This document shows positions 24,301 to 36,900 of a stretch of 48,811 nt of DNA, one piece after another. Numbering within the stretch: position 1 is the first letter of the stretch; every line of letters begins with the position of its first letter. The stretch lies in the NCBI GenBank assembly GCA_001642005.1, contig LWCA01000135.1, forward strand, positions 1 through 48,811, in the 5' to 3' direction. The position numbers and the translations under genes are program-made. Origin of the DNA: Intoshia linei (Eukaryota > Animalia > Orthonectida). The notes under the pieces are model-generated. The model saw only the letters and a program-made list of their open reading frames with translations, was not told where the DNA came from and ran no database searches.

Positions 24301-27300
24301 CCATTTTTTTCAAAAGACTAGTTTTAACATTTGAAGATATGTCTTGTAAATCAAAATGTTTAGTAAGTAACCCCAAGGTATACACGGATCGCATTAATTC
24401 TGTTTTTATGTTGTCTGACAAACCGTTTAAATCTGATTTAGAATACCTTACCACCACATTAAAACACTTTTTGAAAATTTTTTCTATAGCCGAATAGTCT
24501 TTCGACATGTAACGGACCACTTGCCCTAAGCATTCAATGCTACTAATCAGAACACATTTCCCACGTGAAAAACTCAATTTCACCAAATCATGGAGCAAAT
24601 GATGCACAAAGCAAGAATTGGGATGTTCAATAAAAGGTACAACGTTCTGGATAATTTTAATGACATTATAAACAGTAATCGTTCCCAAATTATCACCAAA
24701 TCGAATTTTCATAAAGGATTGAAAGTAGTCTAAATGTTCTACAAACCAAACTGGCATTAATTGAGACATAATGTTGAGAATAGCAAACGTTACAGGTAAT
24801 TTTCGTATCAAGTTTACGAAATTGGGTTCCAATTTGCTCATATCTACAAAATTCATATTGTCTTTGGGTATATTAAATATCTTGACAACAATTTCGTCAA
24901 CCAAAAATTTAAATATTTCCCAAAAAGAAAAAAGAGCCGGCTTATTGGACCATTTACTCGATTTGAGATTATTTTCAACTTTAAATGCAATTTCTCGTTT
25001 TTTTTTAAGAATTTCAGTAAAAATAAATGCAAAAGTCTCCACAAACGAAGAATTTGCCGAATCATCAACAACTTTATCGTAAAAAACTAATATTTGATTA
25101 ACAATTCTCATCATTTCATCAAGATTCTGATCGATATTCAGAGTAAACCACAAAATTTCTATAATTTCCAAAATCATAGGTTGTATAGTTTCATCAAAAT
25201 TAAAATTTTCTAATAATGTACTAATAATCTTTGACAACAATTGGCTAGATGGATTTTTGATGCAAAACTGTTTTACATGCGATAAAACCTTTTTTCTGAC
25301 TGAAACGGCACGATCAGTAATTCGATCTTGAAAAATATTAAAATACGCATTAGGTAATACACTTTTGGAAAATAAATTTCCAATAATATCCACTGTACAT
25401 TCACGCACATGGACCGATTTATCCCGACTTTTAGAAGACAGGGCACATTCAATCAGATTCAAATTTATTAATTCCGGATATTTATCGATAATAACTGAAA
25501 ATATTTTCATTGCCATTGTTCGCAATCGTATATTAGTATTACTCATTAATCGAATAATACAATTGATAATATTTTCCGAATTATAATTCCGATGAGTACT
25601 AAAAAAAATGTTTGAAATTATGCTTTTATGGTCAACAATGTTTAGTGATGGAGAATTAAAATCAAGCGATGAAATTTTGCTGAAATCGCAAACAAGTGTA
25701 ATCAAACTTTCTTTTTGGTCAATTGATAATTTAAAATTTTCGATATTTTCAGGATCAATATCAGATTTTACAAATTCATCCAGATAAAAATTGTGCAATT
25801 GGCACAAAATATAATAAATAATGGCATTTTCATATCCAAACGACTTTTTCTGTAACAATGTGTTCAAAATCAAAAGTACATTATCGTAAATAAAATAATT
25901 ATCCACTTTGTGCCTAAAAAAGATAGGTAAAAGCAAATTCAAAGCTTCCATACAAGTCAATTTCAACAAAAATGATTCAGATTCGTTAATCAGCAAGTTT
26001 AACAACAAATCCACTACAACTTGACAAATTTTCCATGAAATTGGAAAATTAACATGATATAAAGTTTTTGATAAATCAATTAATAAATTTATAAATTGAA
26101 CACTAAAATTGGAAGATTTCAATCTATCGACAAGATTATTACAAAAAAATTGAACAATTGATTGCAATTTTTCAAAATTTAAGGAATCTTGTTGAAATGA
26201 TTCAAATTGTACCATAAAATAATGTAATTTACTCATTTCTAATGCATTCCCATCATTAAACCCAACAGTGGCTTGAATGCAATAAAAAATTAGAACAGAG
26301 TAAATTGAAATGCTATCGTCTTTAGAAATGGCATATATACAAAAATTTTTTTCGAAAAATATTGGCTTAATTTCATTCAAGATATATTTCAAGTAATTTT
26401 TTTTATCGTCCGTTTTTCTGTAAAGATTCATCATAATTTCCAAACTTGTAAAAGAAAAGGTATCAATGATATTATCGAAAATTACATTTGCAAAAAAATA
26501 CCAAGCTTTATTGGTCAATTCATCGTGCATAATTTGATTTGGATTGATTTTTAAAAATTTCAAAATAATAATAAATACACTTTCATAAATTTCCACATAT
26601 TTTGCATTTATTTCAATTTTTCCACTTTTTTTTTCGAGAGTAAAATGTAATGAAAGAAAATCAATTACATTTAAAAAAATTTGAGAAAAATTAACGTGTT
26701 CGTTTTTCATTTCAAAACATTTCAAATTGAATAAGTTTAAAATTATTAAATTTGATAAACAGAAACAAGGCACCAAGAAATTTGATTGTTCGTTCAAGTC
26801 TGACATGCTTGTGTTTTTACTCAAAATTTCCATGTTTTTAATTTCAGATTTTGAAAATAATACCAGAGCTTCAATCAAACCAAAAATTGCGTTTTTATTC
26901 TATGTTTAAAATATAATTATATCTCATAATATTTGATCAAATCGTGTTTTTCAAAAAAATATTGAAAAATAAGGATTTTTTCATTATGGGTTGTAAAATT
27001 GAGTTTTGAATTAGAAAGTTGTTGTTCATAAGATTTGATAAAATCGGATTTTTCAAAAAAATATTCGAAAAAGAGGATATTTCCGTCAAGCGTGAGTAAA
27101 ATTGTGTTTTTCAAAAAAATATTGAAAAAAAAAGATTTTTTCATTATGGGTTGATAAAATTGGATTTTGAATTAAATAATTTATTTGAAAATTTATTTTA
27201 TTATATAACCCACTTTCTAATACAGTTTTTCGCGAGTGATGCATATATTCCCGTTTCATTTACCGAAATTTAGTTCTTCAGGGTCAAACCCAAAATTCCC

Positions 27301-30300
27301 CTTTTTCTTAAAAATAAATTAAGCTCAAAAATTAAAAAAACATAAATACTGGGACGCGTTTTAAAATCATTAACATTGTCGTAAATCTCAACCTCACCTT
27401 CATGGTAAAAATCCCAAAGAACCTTTTTTTTTTAAAATAAAAATGTACTAAAATTTTATAGAACATACATTATGGGATAGTTTTTAAAATCGTAAACATT
27501 ATCATAAATCACAACTTCAAAAAAGTTTATTTTCACGACGAAAACCCCAGATTACCCTTTTTTTAAAATTTTAAAAATTTTAATCTAATAGTGCATTCAC
27601 GGTCAAAAAAGTATTTTAGTATTCATTTTTTTTATGGTATAATTATTTTATTTAACCGTGAATTTGAAATAATTAATGGTAAAATAAAATTTAAAAAAAA
27701 AAATATAATTCTGTTACAGCTTATTCCACTTGATATAAATACAAAATTTCGACATCAAACATCTACGCTTTCTCAGTCAAAAATAACTATTAATATATTA
27801 TCAGCCAATATTGTTAAAATTTTTAAATGAAAATGAAAATATTAATCCTACAACTTTAAAAAAAAATAGTAATTGACTGTATAAAAATTTTAAACACAGA
27901 AATATGGGTTTCCATCTCATAAATTGATTCTTTCTGTTTTTTGACATCATGTAATTTATCATTTTGAAGTTTAGATTCTAAACTTTAGAACGAAATGCAG
28001 TAGTATAACTCTAAAATTAAAAATATACCACTATAAATTCTCAAACGAATTTTAGTGTCATATAGTCGTTAGCAACCAAACCAATGCCTTTTACTAAACA
28101 TTTTTAACATAACATAATGTAACACACATATTAATTATGATATTCACGAATATCATTTTTTTAATGCTCAATTTAAAAAAATCAACCCAAATTTTACAAA
28201 AATTTACATTTATTAACATTTTAAATTACCTTATCAATGAGGGAACGATTAGTTTCACTCAAAACATGCGAAATTTCAACTAGTTTGTCATACAATGTTT
28301 GATCTAATTTAAAAAAATTAAAAAATTATTCATAACCTGGGTATCGCCGGGTTGGTAAATTGTGCTTATGCTGGTTTGTGTGCTGAATTTTTTGTCCACA
28401 ATTTTACGAAGAAAAATATCATTAAAAATGTATTAAAACTTTCGAGTTGATAAATTTTCATCGAATCATCATTTTATGAAATTGGATACATAAAAGGGGA
28501 CAATAATAAAATAGAAAAGCAAATGGATAAACCAATAAAAGAATCTCTATAGTCTAGAACAGGGGTTCCCAAACTCATTTTGCCTACCGCCCCCTTTTTA
28601 GCAATATATTTTCTCAACGCCCCCTAAAAAATTTTTCGACTACGTCGTATATATATTTAAAAATTTACTCATTATTCAATATTTATTAATTGAAAAATTG
28701 TGTTAATTAAAAAAAATATATTTATTACTGTCACTTTTTATATCAGCGGATCCCAAACTTGCTATAAAAATATCCCCTTACAACCAAAAAATTCATCAAT
28801 GCTTCACTCTATCCATCTAAAATCGTTTTTTGGGTATAAAGTATTTTTATAATTGCCCATTTTGGGAACCCCTGATCTAGAATCTAAAGAGATTTTTAAT
28901 TAAAAAAGTACCCTTCTAATATTTAAAAAATATAAATTTTTTAATAAAGAAATTTATATTTCCTTCTCAATGAGAATAGTCCTTAAAATATATCTAAGCA
29001 ATTTCATTTCAATTTTCTTATAACTTTCTAATTAAAAAAAAATCTATTTTATTTATACTTGGAAAGCTTCTTCCCCACCAAAATTCAAATACTCATAATT
29101 TCCCGGAAAACCCCTAATCATACCCTCCTCGTAATATGATTATCAGTGGTGGATGTTAATCTTATAAGTAACATCCTAAATTTTTTCAAGTCCTTTTTTT
29201 GAAGAGTTAATAACGCTCTTTGCCAAGATCCCCCATCTCCCCAGAAGGAGTAAGGAACACACGGAATTTAGCCGGTAAAATCAGTTGACTCCCTCACACT
29301 ACAAAGAAGCATCCAGGCCCGTGAGAGATAACTTTTTAGTTAAATATCATTATAAAGAGGTAAGTAACTTATTTAAATTATTTCAAGAGAGTTGGGCCAG
29401 TAAAAACCCATCTTCTTTACAATATTATTACTTTTCAACATCATTTTTCAGGTTCCCATACTCACAACGTATAATACTTTTTTGATTTAAATTTGAAAAT
29501 GATGTTGTTTTCATTGCATAAACAGTAATTTTAGAAAACTTTAAATTGAAAAATATCGCATTTATATTTCACGGTACCTCAATTAAATTTCGCGGAACAC
29601 GAGTTGAGAACCACTGCTCTAGATATTCATTTTGATGATAATTTATTAGAACCGGTTTCACCCAATATTAGCACACCTTACTAACAGATTAAAACTTTTT
29701 TTAAAGAATAAATTGCATTATATAACTTTAAGTTAAGCTTCCATTTAGACATGTCTTAGTCATCTCAAGCTGATATTGTATTAAATTATATTAACGGGTA
29801 AATTAAAGTAAATAATATATTATATTGACGAAAAATATTTTCAAAATACAGTATAGATGCCCAAAAATTTCCCTTGCCCGATGATACGGGCCATAATCCA
29901 ATTCATAATCAATAAATTTTAAAATGATATTCACCAAAAATCATACTTTTAACGAATTTTTCTAAAAGTAGACATATTTCGTGAATGTTTTGTTTCAACA
30001 ACAAATCTTGAGTGTTATCTGTAGAATCTTGTCTTTGATTTATCCACTCCACTAGTTCATCATTATATTGATTTAATTCAAATTTAGAATATTGTGATTT
30101 CAATTTAGGTAAAAAATCAAGATATTTGTCGGTATAAACCAAATTCGGTCTATCACGTATTCTATATAAAATATTTTCTAATTTAAAAGAGTATTAAAAC
30201 TTGAAATTTCGACTAGATAATTTGCTGTTATTCAAAGTTTGGTGTATTGTTTCTTTCATGCTATCCATGTTGAATTTTGTTCTTTTATTAGTTGGTAATG

Positions 30301-30514
30301 GCTCTATTTTTTTGTTTAATTTCAATTCAGGGGGATATATCAGCTTAGAAACTAAAAATTAATCGAAATGTATACTTTAAAGTTAAAAATTACAATCATG
30401 ACAAGAAAATATTGCGGCAGGGTTAAATGCATAACTAAATTCACTAATATTATTGCTATTTTTATCCTTTTTTTTATATTTGTCATTCTTGTCAAATGTA
30501 TCATTTTCATCCAT
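21359..30514 (-). CDS. NIPBL: Nipped-B-like cohesin loader (NIPBL/Scc2), HEAT-repeat protein, ~1529 aa, 9 exons
   Basis: Exons on minus strand: 30514-30394 (ATG), 30351-30201, 30161-29935, 28303-28230, 26899-23339, 21940-21880, 21834-21720, 21681-21498, 21454-21359 (TAA); 4590 nt, phases consistent. Cohesin_HEAT signature RLRTMAMKIFS...DKSVHVRECTVDIIG...DRITDRAVSVRKKVL. Also LMRSVYTLGLLTKHFD, GMVYPSKVLPLFLAMLTD and SQFILIIFLVKQYLLNSFGLND (Nipped-B_C-like). The four small 5' exons rest on phase and open frame rather than on recognised homology. Confidence 0.88.
22693..22758. mobile_element. 66-bp hAT (Charlie/Buster-type) micro-MITE
   Basis: TIRs CAGTGATGGCAA / TTGCCACCACTG; flanks GTATATGT / GTATAGTT look like a decayed 8-bp TSD. 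Confidence 0.55.
26935..27175. repeat. Degenerate tandem repeat in a NIPBL intron
   Basis: The motif gtgtttttcaaaaaaatattgaaaaa..gattttttcattatgggttg.taaaattg..ttttgaatta occurs twice, with a partial third copy between. Confidence 0.7.
27250..27970 (+). mobile_element. Helitron family internal fragment, diverged
   Basis: aaaaccccagattacccttt, ttcacggtcaaaaaagtattttagtattc and cagcttattccacttgatataaatacaaaatttc are shared with 9170-9720 and 45080-45560. Confidence 0.7.
28560..28874. mobile_element. hAT Charlie-type MITE, 315 bp
   Basis: Perfect 14-bp TIR CAGGGGTTCCCAAA / TTTGGGAACCCCTG. The 8-bp TSD GTCTAGAA / ATCTAGAA fits the NTCTAGAN preference of Charlie elements. Confidence 0.88.
29144..29616 (+). 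mobile_element. hAT debris: possible transposase C-terminal relic plus a Charlie-type right end
   Basis: CAGTGGTGGATGTTA is a TIR-like start. The decayed frame PHLPRRSK...YHYKEVSNLF loosely resembles ZMYM1-like hAT transposases. The right end is GTTGAGAACCACTG|CTCTAGAT at 29603-29624. This may be two separate elements. Confidence 0.35.
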
Positions 30515-30920
30515 TTGATGATAAAAATTTTAAATAAAACACAATGTAATCGGTGAGCTTAACTACACGTTTTACAGATAATATCCATTAATAAAGTTAC
30601 ATCCTTAAAGGCTACATTTTTTCAATTCTAAAGTACATTTTTCTTAAATAATGTTGTAACAAGGTGGTTGTTGGTCAAGCTATACTACTACAATGTAGAT
30701 CTTTACCAAATATTTTCAAATTATTTTTGTCACATACAATTCTATAATTATAAAATGAAATTAATTTAGGTTTTAAACATTGATAAATTATCACTGTGTT
30801 AATTAAACATTAGTGATGATTCATCAAAATACATTTTAAAAATAAAATAATAATATACAATTTTAAAGGATAAAAATTTAATTGACGCTAAGCGTATATA
30901 CATTGATGACTACACGTTAA

Positions 30921-33900
30921 TCAAATTTTGGTTAAATCACTATCTCCAATGTTGCTACTTATAGGTGTAGAATTAGCGTTAGGTTCCATATTCTCTTTGT
31001 TATTACCATAAACTCCTATAAACGATCCATCTTCATTAAATTTCATCAAGTTAATTGAAGATACCTTTTTATTTGTCAATCTAAAAGAATGTTATAATAA
31101 TGTCACAAAATTAAAAATTCTAGATCAATTTTTTCTGAACGCAAAAAAAGATAAAATTTAATTTGCTCTCAAAATATTCCCCACATAAATAAAATATTCA
31201 CAAAAGGATGTAAAGTACCAAGAAAAATGAAATTTTATATTTTTATTTACATATTTTAACCAAAATAATCCATCAATAACCTAAATTTTAGGTCTTGAGT
31301 ACCTTTTTTTAAAAATCAAACGACTCCCAGAATTTAAAAAAATATACTCAAATTTATATATACACAAATTTTAAAATCATCAACATTATCATAAATGTCA
31401 ATTTTAAAAAATTTCTAATATCTTTATGGCCAAAGCCCAAAATTACCCATCATTTTAAATATATTTAAATGAAGAAAACTACTAGTGTTAGATTTAAAAA
31501 AAAAACACATTTACATGTTAATTAACATAAGCGTAATGTATAGCGTTTTTATTGTCTTAAGTTTAAGACGATACGTCAATTTCTGGGATTAAAATTTACG
31601 ATTGATGTTTTTTAAATTTTTAGTACTATTAGCTTTTTAGTAAATATTTGGTATATGTAGGGATAATTTCAATATATAAAATTAAAAATTCAATTTAATT
31701 ATGTAATTGTAACCTTGTACTGTTTTTATCAGCCATTGTTTTCTCTTTAATTAGTTGATTATTCAATTTTTCTTTTTTTTTAACTAAATTTAATTTACAC
31801 TTTATAATTATACTAGGTTAACTGTTACAAGTATCACCTAGCTCTACAGAGGGCACATTTTTATTCTACCAAAAAAATAAATTCACGTTGAAAATCTAAC
31901 TAAAAATCCACTATTCAGTGAATAGTTTTCACTATTATCAATCCTTTAAAGGAGTGGTTCCCAAACTTGTTTCAGATGGAACCATCATATCACATTACTT
32001 TTTACTTTAAAGTAAATTATTCCATCTTAATTTTGTTTTGTTAACATTTGCGTAAATAATTTCAAAAACAATTGTTACCCCATTTTTTTAATTTATTAGA
32101 CAGAATGTGTGTATAATTATTAAAAATAAAGTAAAAGCACTCCAATTCTAAAAATTGTCATAAATAGCATAAATTCCAGATAAAATAAAATTATAAAAAC
32201 ATATTATGTCATTTTCAATGTGATAATATATATTCACTGAATATTATTCAGTACCAATTTAATAGATACAATGCGCCTGTCGATAGAAAACACTGGATAT
32301 ATGGAACATGCCAATATAAGCCATAAAATACATTTAATTATTTATTTTAACATTTTATAAATGCTTATTAGATGATTAAAATGATTTGAAAATTTAAAAT
32401 AATAAAAAATTTGAACATCATTTCTATATTTTTAAGTTATATTTTGAAATTTTAATTTTAGTATCGATAGGGAACAGTGAACAAAGAATTTCAACTTTTT
32501 TAATTTTTCTATACATTTTCGCTCTTTCATTAGTGAACAATGTTCACTGAACATAAATAATTTAAATACAAGTAGAAAAAGACTTACTTTTAAAGAAAAA
32601 AAGGAAATCTTAGAGTTCATTGATACTCATAGGTATTGCAGCCAGAGAGATTTAGCTAAATGTTTTAAAATCTCTGTTGGTACCATAAATAGAATTTTGC
32701 TTTATTAGGGTCTCAAAGCTGCAAATAAACTAATTTTGATCAACTTTAAGTAATAATTTGTTCCTTATCATCAATAGTGAACAGTCCCCAAAAATGGGTT
32801 CATATTGTTCCCTATCTACAGTTCACATTGTACTTAAAAATACAAATTATGAATCAATAATTAATGGAATCAGCACTTTATAAACATTCCAGCTGAATTT
32901 TACCAATATTGCAAAGGATTGTAATAAATATAAAAATGATAATAACAAAGTTGTATTACTTTTAGTAATGCATTGTTGTAGTTTTAATTTAAATTTTAAA
33001 CAAAATGTTTTAAAAATTAGAATTTGAGATTGAAAAATTGCGTAGCAATAAAAAAAATTCCGAAAGAATTAATTATATAGATTTTCACCCATATTTCTTT
33101 ATTGGAAATGTGTAGACGTTCAATACACACTTTTTTGAACAATTGTAGGATCAATATTTACATTTTCAATTTTTATTTTACATTTGTTAATCGAAATATT
33201 TGAAAAATATTGGTTGATAATATATTATAAATTATTTTTCACCGGTAATGCGTAGATTTCTGGAGTTGAAATTTTGTATTTATATGAACTGAAATAAGCT
33301 CTATCAGAATAATCTTTTTTTTTAATTTTCGGACCGTTAATTATTTCATATTTTTTGTTTTAATAAAATATTTCGAAAAAAAAAATATGAATACTAAAAT
33401 GTTTTTTTAACCGTGAAGGCGTCACCTCTTCAGATTGAAAATTTTTTTGTGTGTTAACAGGATACAACTGTACGACCTGTAAATTTTTTTAAATTCTAGG
33501 GCTATTTTCATGAAAAAAAAAGGGTAATTTATGGTTTTGGCCCTGAAGATATATATTTTTTTAATTTAAATTTATGATTTCAAAATCTGTATCATAGTGT
33601 ACATTTTATTAAATTCTAGGACTCGTTTGATTTAAAAAAAAGAATAAGTGGGGTTTTTAACAATAAAATGTAAGTTTCTGAGTTTAAAATATATCTTACT
33701 TCCACCTTCGAAATTCTCAGTAATAGAAATATAAAATTTTGCCGCCCAACATCTAGCAAGCGCCAATGTACAAGAAAAATGAAAAAGTGATACAAATAAT
33801 ATGTCAAAGATAATGACGCAGTGTTATTGACCAGTATAAATTAAATATATTAAATTACCGTTATAATGTCCCGATTTTTTATTTTGAATAAGAAAGTAGA

Positions 33901-36900
33901 TAATCATCAATATTAGCACAATTATTATAATAATTATAAAAACAATTATATAACTGAATGTACTAACATTCATTCCCACTAAATTAGAATATTAAAATGA
34001 ATATTATAAAGTGTGGAATGCATACAATGTACATTAGGTTGACACGTATCAACACCTCCATTATATTATGATAAAAATAAAATTAACTACATTGCTCATC
34101 TGTAAAAGTTGTACATTGTATATAAAATTTATATTATACATGTATGTATTTGTTGAATAAAGGTGTTATAAAGAAAAAAATTAATTTACTTGGCATTAAA
34201 AGAATGGACATTTAATCTTAAACTAACTTGCAAAACTTTTTCTCATTAATTGGTGATATTATTTAAGAGTAGGACAATTTAAATATGAATTAGGTTGACA
34301 TAGAATTATTCTAATGATTAATACATTAATTATTGTAGACATGTATAAAATAAACTGTGTCACACAGTGTGACTCATACTTGATAAATTTTATAAAAATT
34401 TTAAAAATAAAACTTACAAACTTGAGCGGGTAAGGTGAAGGAAATTTTTTCTGAATACATGACATTTTTGCGTCCATCGACTGAAGCAACTACAAAATAG
34501 TATTTCATCCCTTTTTTGACATTTGATAATGTAATTCTGTTGACACCGTAAATTGGTTTTGATTTTGTCCAATTATTTAAATCTAAAAAATGATTTAAAT
34601 CAAATAAAAGTATAATCAACCTTCCAGCTCATTTTCTGTGTAATATACGTAATAATAATCTGAAGGGTTTGTATATTGACCATTATGGTACCATTTCACT
34701 AATAGACCAGTATCTGTATTTTCAAATCCCACAATAGAAATAATTTCATTTTCATTAAATGTTAAATCAAACGTGTCAACTGTAATTGAACTAACGTCTC
34801 CTAAGCCAACATTATTCTGAGCTTGTACTGAAATATTATAGGTGGTAGATTCATTCAAATTGACAAAATCGTGTTTAGTTAAAATGGTGGAAAATGTTTC
34901 AGAGTACATTTCTATAAAATTTTAATAGATGGTTATTATATTTATTCATTACTGTTTTTTATGCGAACCACATATTTTTTTATTATTCCATTCATTTGGA
35001 GAGGCAGGTTCCATTTTATTTTAATGTGATATATTCCAATTTCTTCAATTTCCAAATTTTCAATGTGATCAGGGACTAAATTATAATTATTTTGAGTTAA
35101 TTTTAAAAATACTTGATTCATTCGTTTTTACAAACCCTATAAAATATGGATTGCTTTCAGAAACTCTATTTGAGATTGATATGTGAATTGAATAATTTGT
35201 GAATGATTTCAAATTTTTTACATTTAGCACCTCTGTCATTTCTGTTTTATCAAAGTGGGTTTTCAATTCATTTTGTGATTTACAGTTGACGTGGTAAATA
35301 TCATAAAATAATATTTTTGTTTTATTTGGTTTCTTTACATCATATATTTTAATCTATTAATTATATTATTATTATGAATGAGTATTAATGTGATGAATAT
35401 TTTATTTGATTTAATTTCACGGTTCCGTTTAAGGCATGGGTTTTTAAGCTTTTTCAACTTGGAACCCCTTAATTCAATAAAATTCGATTTGGCACCCCAA
35501 AAATGTAATAAACTTAAATTCGAAAAAAGTTAATTAATAATAAAATTAATAATATAAATACGGTAACCAAACATTTTTAGATGAAATGGCTAAAAATGGC
35601 TTTAAATTTTAATTCAAAAAGACCTTTCAACATAAACAAGACTGTGCTTTGTACCATTTATCAATATCATTTATTTTAGTATTGTTTATTTTTAACCGAT
35701 TTCATTTTTTTGTATAATTGCTTAAAATCAAAAAAGGCATCCACGTAAAAAATGGATTTATCTAATAAAAAAAAGACACCCTAATAAACAACACATTGAA
35801 ATATTTAATATTTAAAATGTTAAATTAATAAATAGAATTTAACTTTATTTTCGAAACTTCATTCTAATTTTTACTAAAAATTCACTTTTACAAACTCTTT
35901 AGGGAAAATTCCCCTTTTACCAACCCTAGAAAAAGACGTTTCGATATAGGTGGAACAGTTGATAATTTATCATTTCTTCCCAATGTAACAAAATTGTAGA
36001 GGCATATCATGTTACTTACATGTTTTCTAAACAAAAAAAGTATCATACCATCGGAAACGTTGATCAAATCCTATACTCTTATACTTCTATTGCAGAACTT
36101 CTACTTGGCGAAACACAAAAAGGGGCACTTAAATCAATTCCTTTGTAAAAGGATTAAAAATTTAGCAGAAGTTATCGAACTTCAAGTTATGGATGAACTT
36201 CGAAAAAGCCTAGTAAAATTTAGTTTACAATTGGACGAATCTACTGATGTGTTTGCAAGATATGTTGTGAATGATAACATTAAGAAGGAATATCTGTTTA
36301 GTGAGTCATTAAAAAAAACAAGAGAATTGATATATTCGAAATAAATTATATATTAATACATTAAAATATATATAAAATTTTTTATGGGCCTTACAATTAC
36401 TTTGGCCCTAAATAGAAACATTTTTACATAGCCCCTTGATTTTTCTAGTGGCCCTTTTGGAAATATATTATATATGACTATGATAGCTTTAAATGTTATA
36501 TTCTGTGGTTTTTGGTGTATGATGCTTAATATCTATCCACTTGTGACTGAAATTGCCCTTAAAGTAATTATTACGTTTGTTACAACATAGTTTTGTCAGG
36601 CTGGATTTTCTATTCTAACAAATTAAAAAAAAAGAAAAAGGAATAAATTAGATGTCCGTGCCGGTATGCGAGTGAGTCTATCAAAAAAAATGCGAATATT
36701 TAGCTTACTTCTCATTTCAAAGCAACAATAACGATCCCATTAAAATTTATGTAAATAAATTTGTTCAATTTTTATGTAAAAGTTTTCCGCTACTACTTAA
36801 TTTGTCTATTTTCTGAGTCTTTAACATTATATTTGAATAGTCTATTTTTGATTAATGAATTTGGTGGTATGACCAGGGCTACTACATTTTCCGATATTTT

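Noticed and set aside
24771-26909. Antisense and alternative-frame ORFs over NIPBL and dynein exons
   Set aside because: Shadow ORFs of real coding exons with no independent motifs.
28337-28470. Less AT-rich block with a donor-like site as an extra NIPBL exon
   Set aside because: The required phase contains a stop, and exons 29935 and 28303 join in frame without it.
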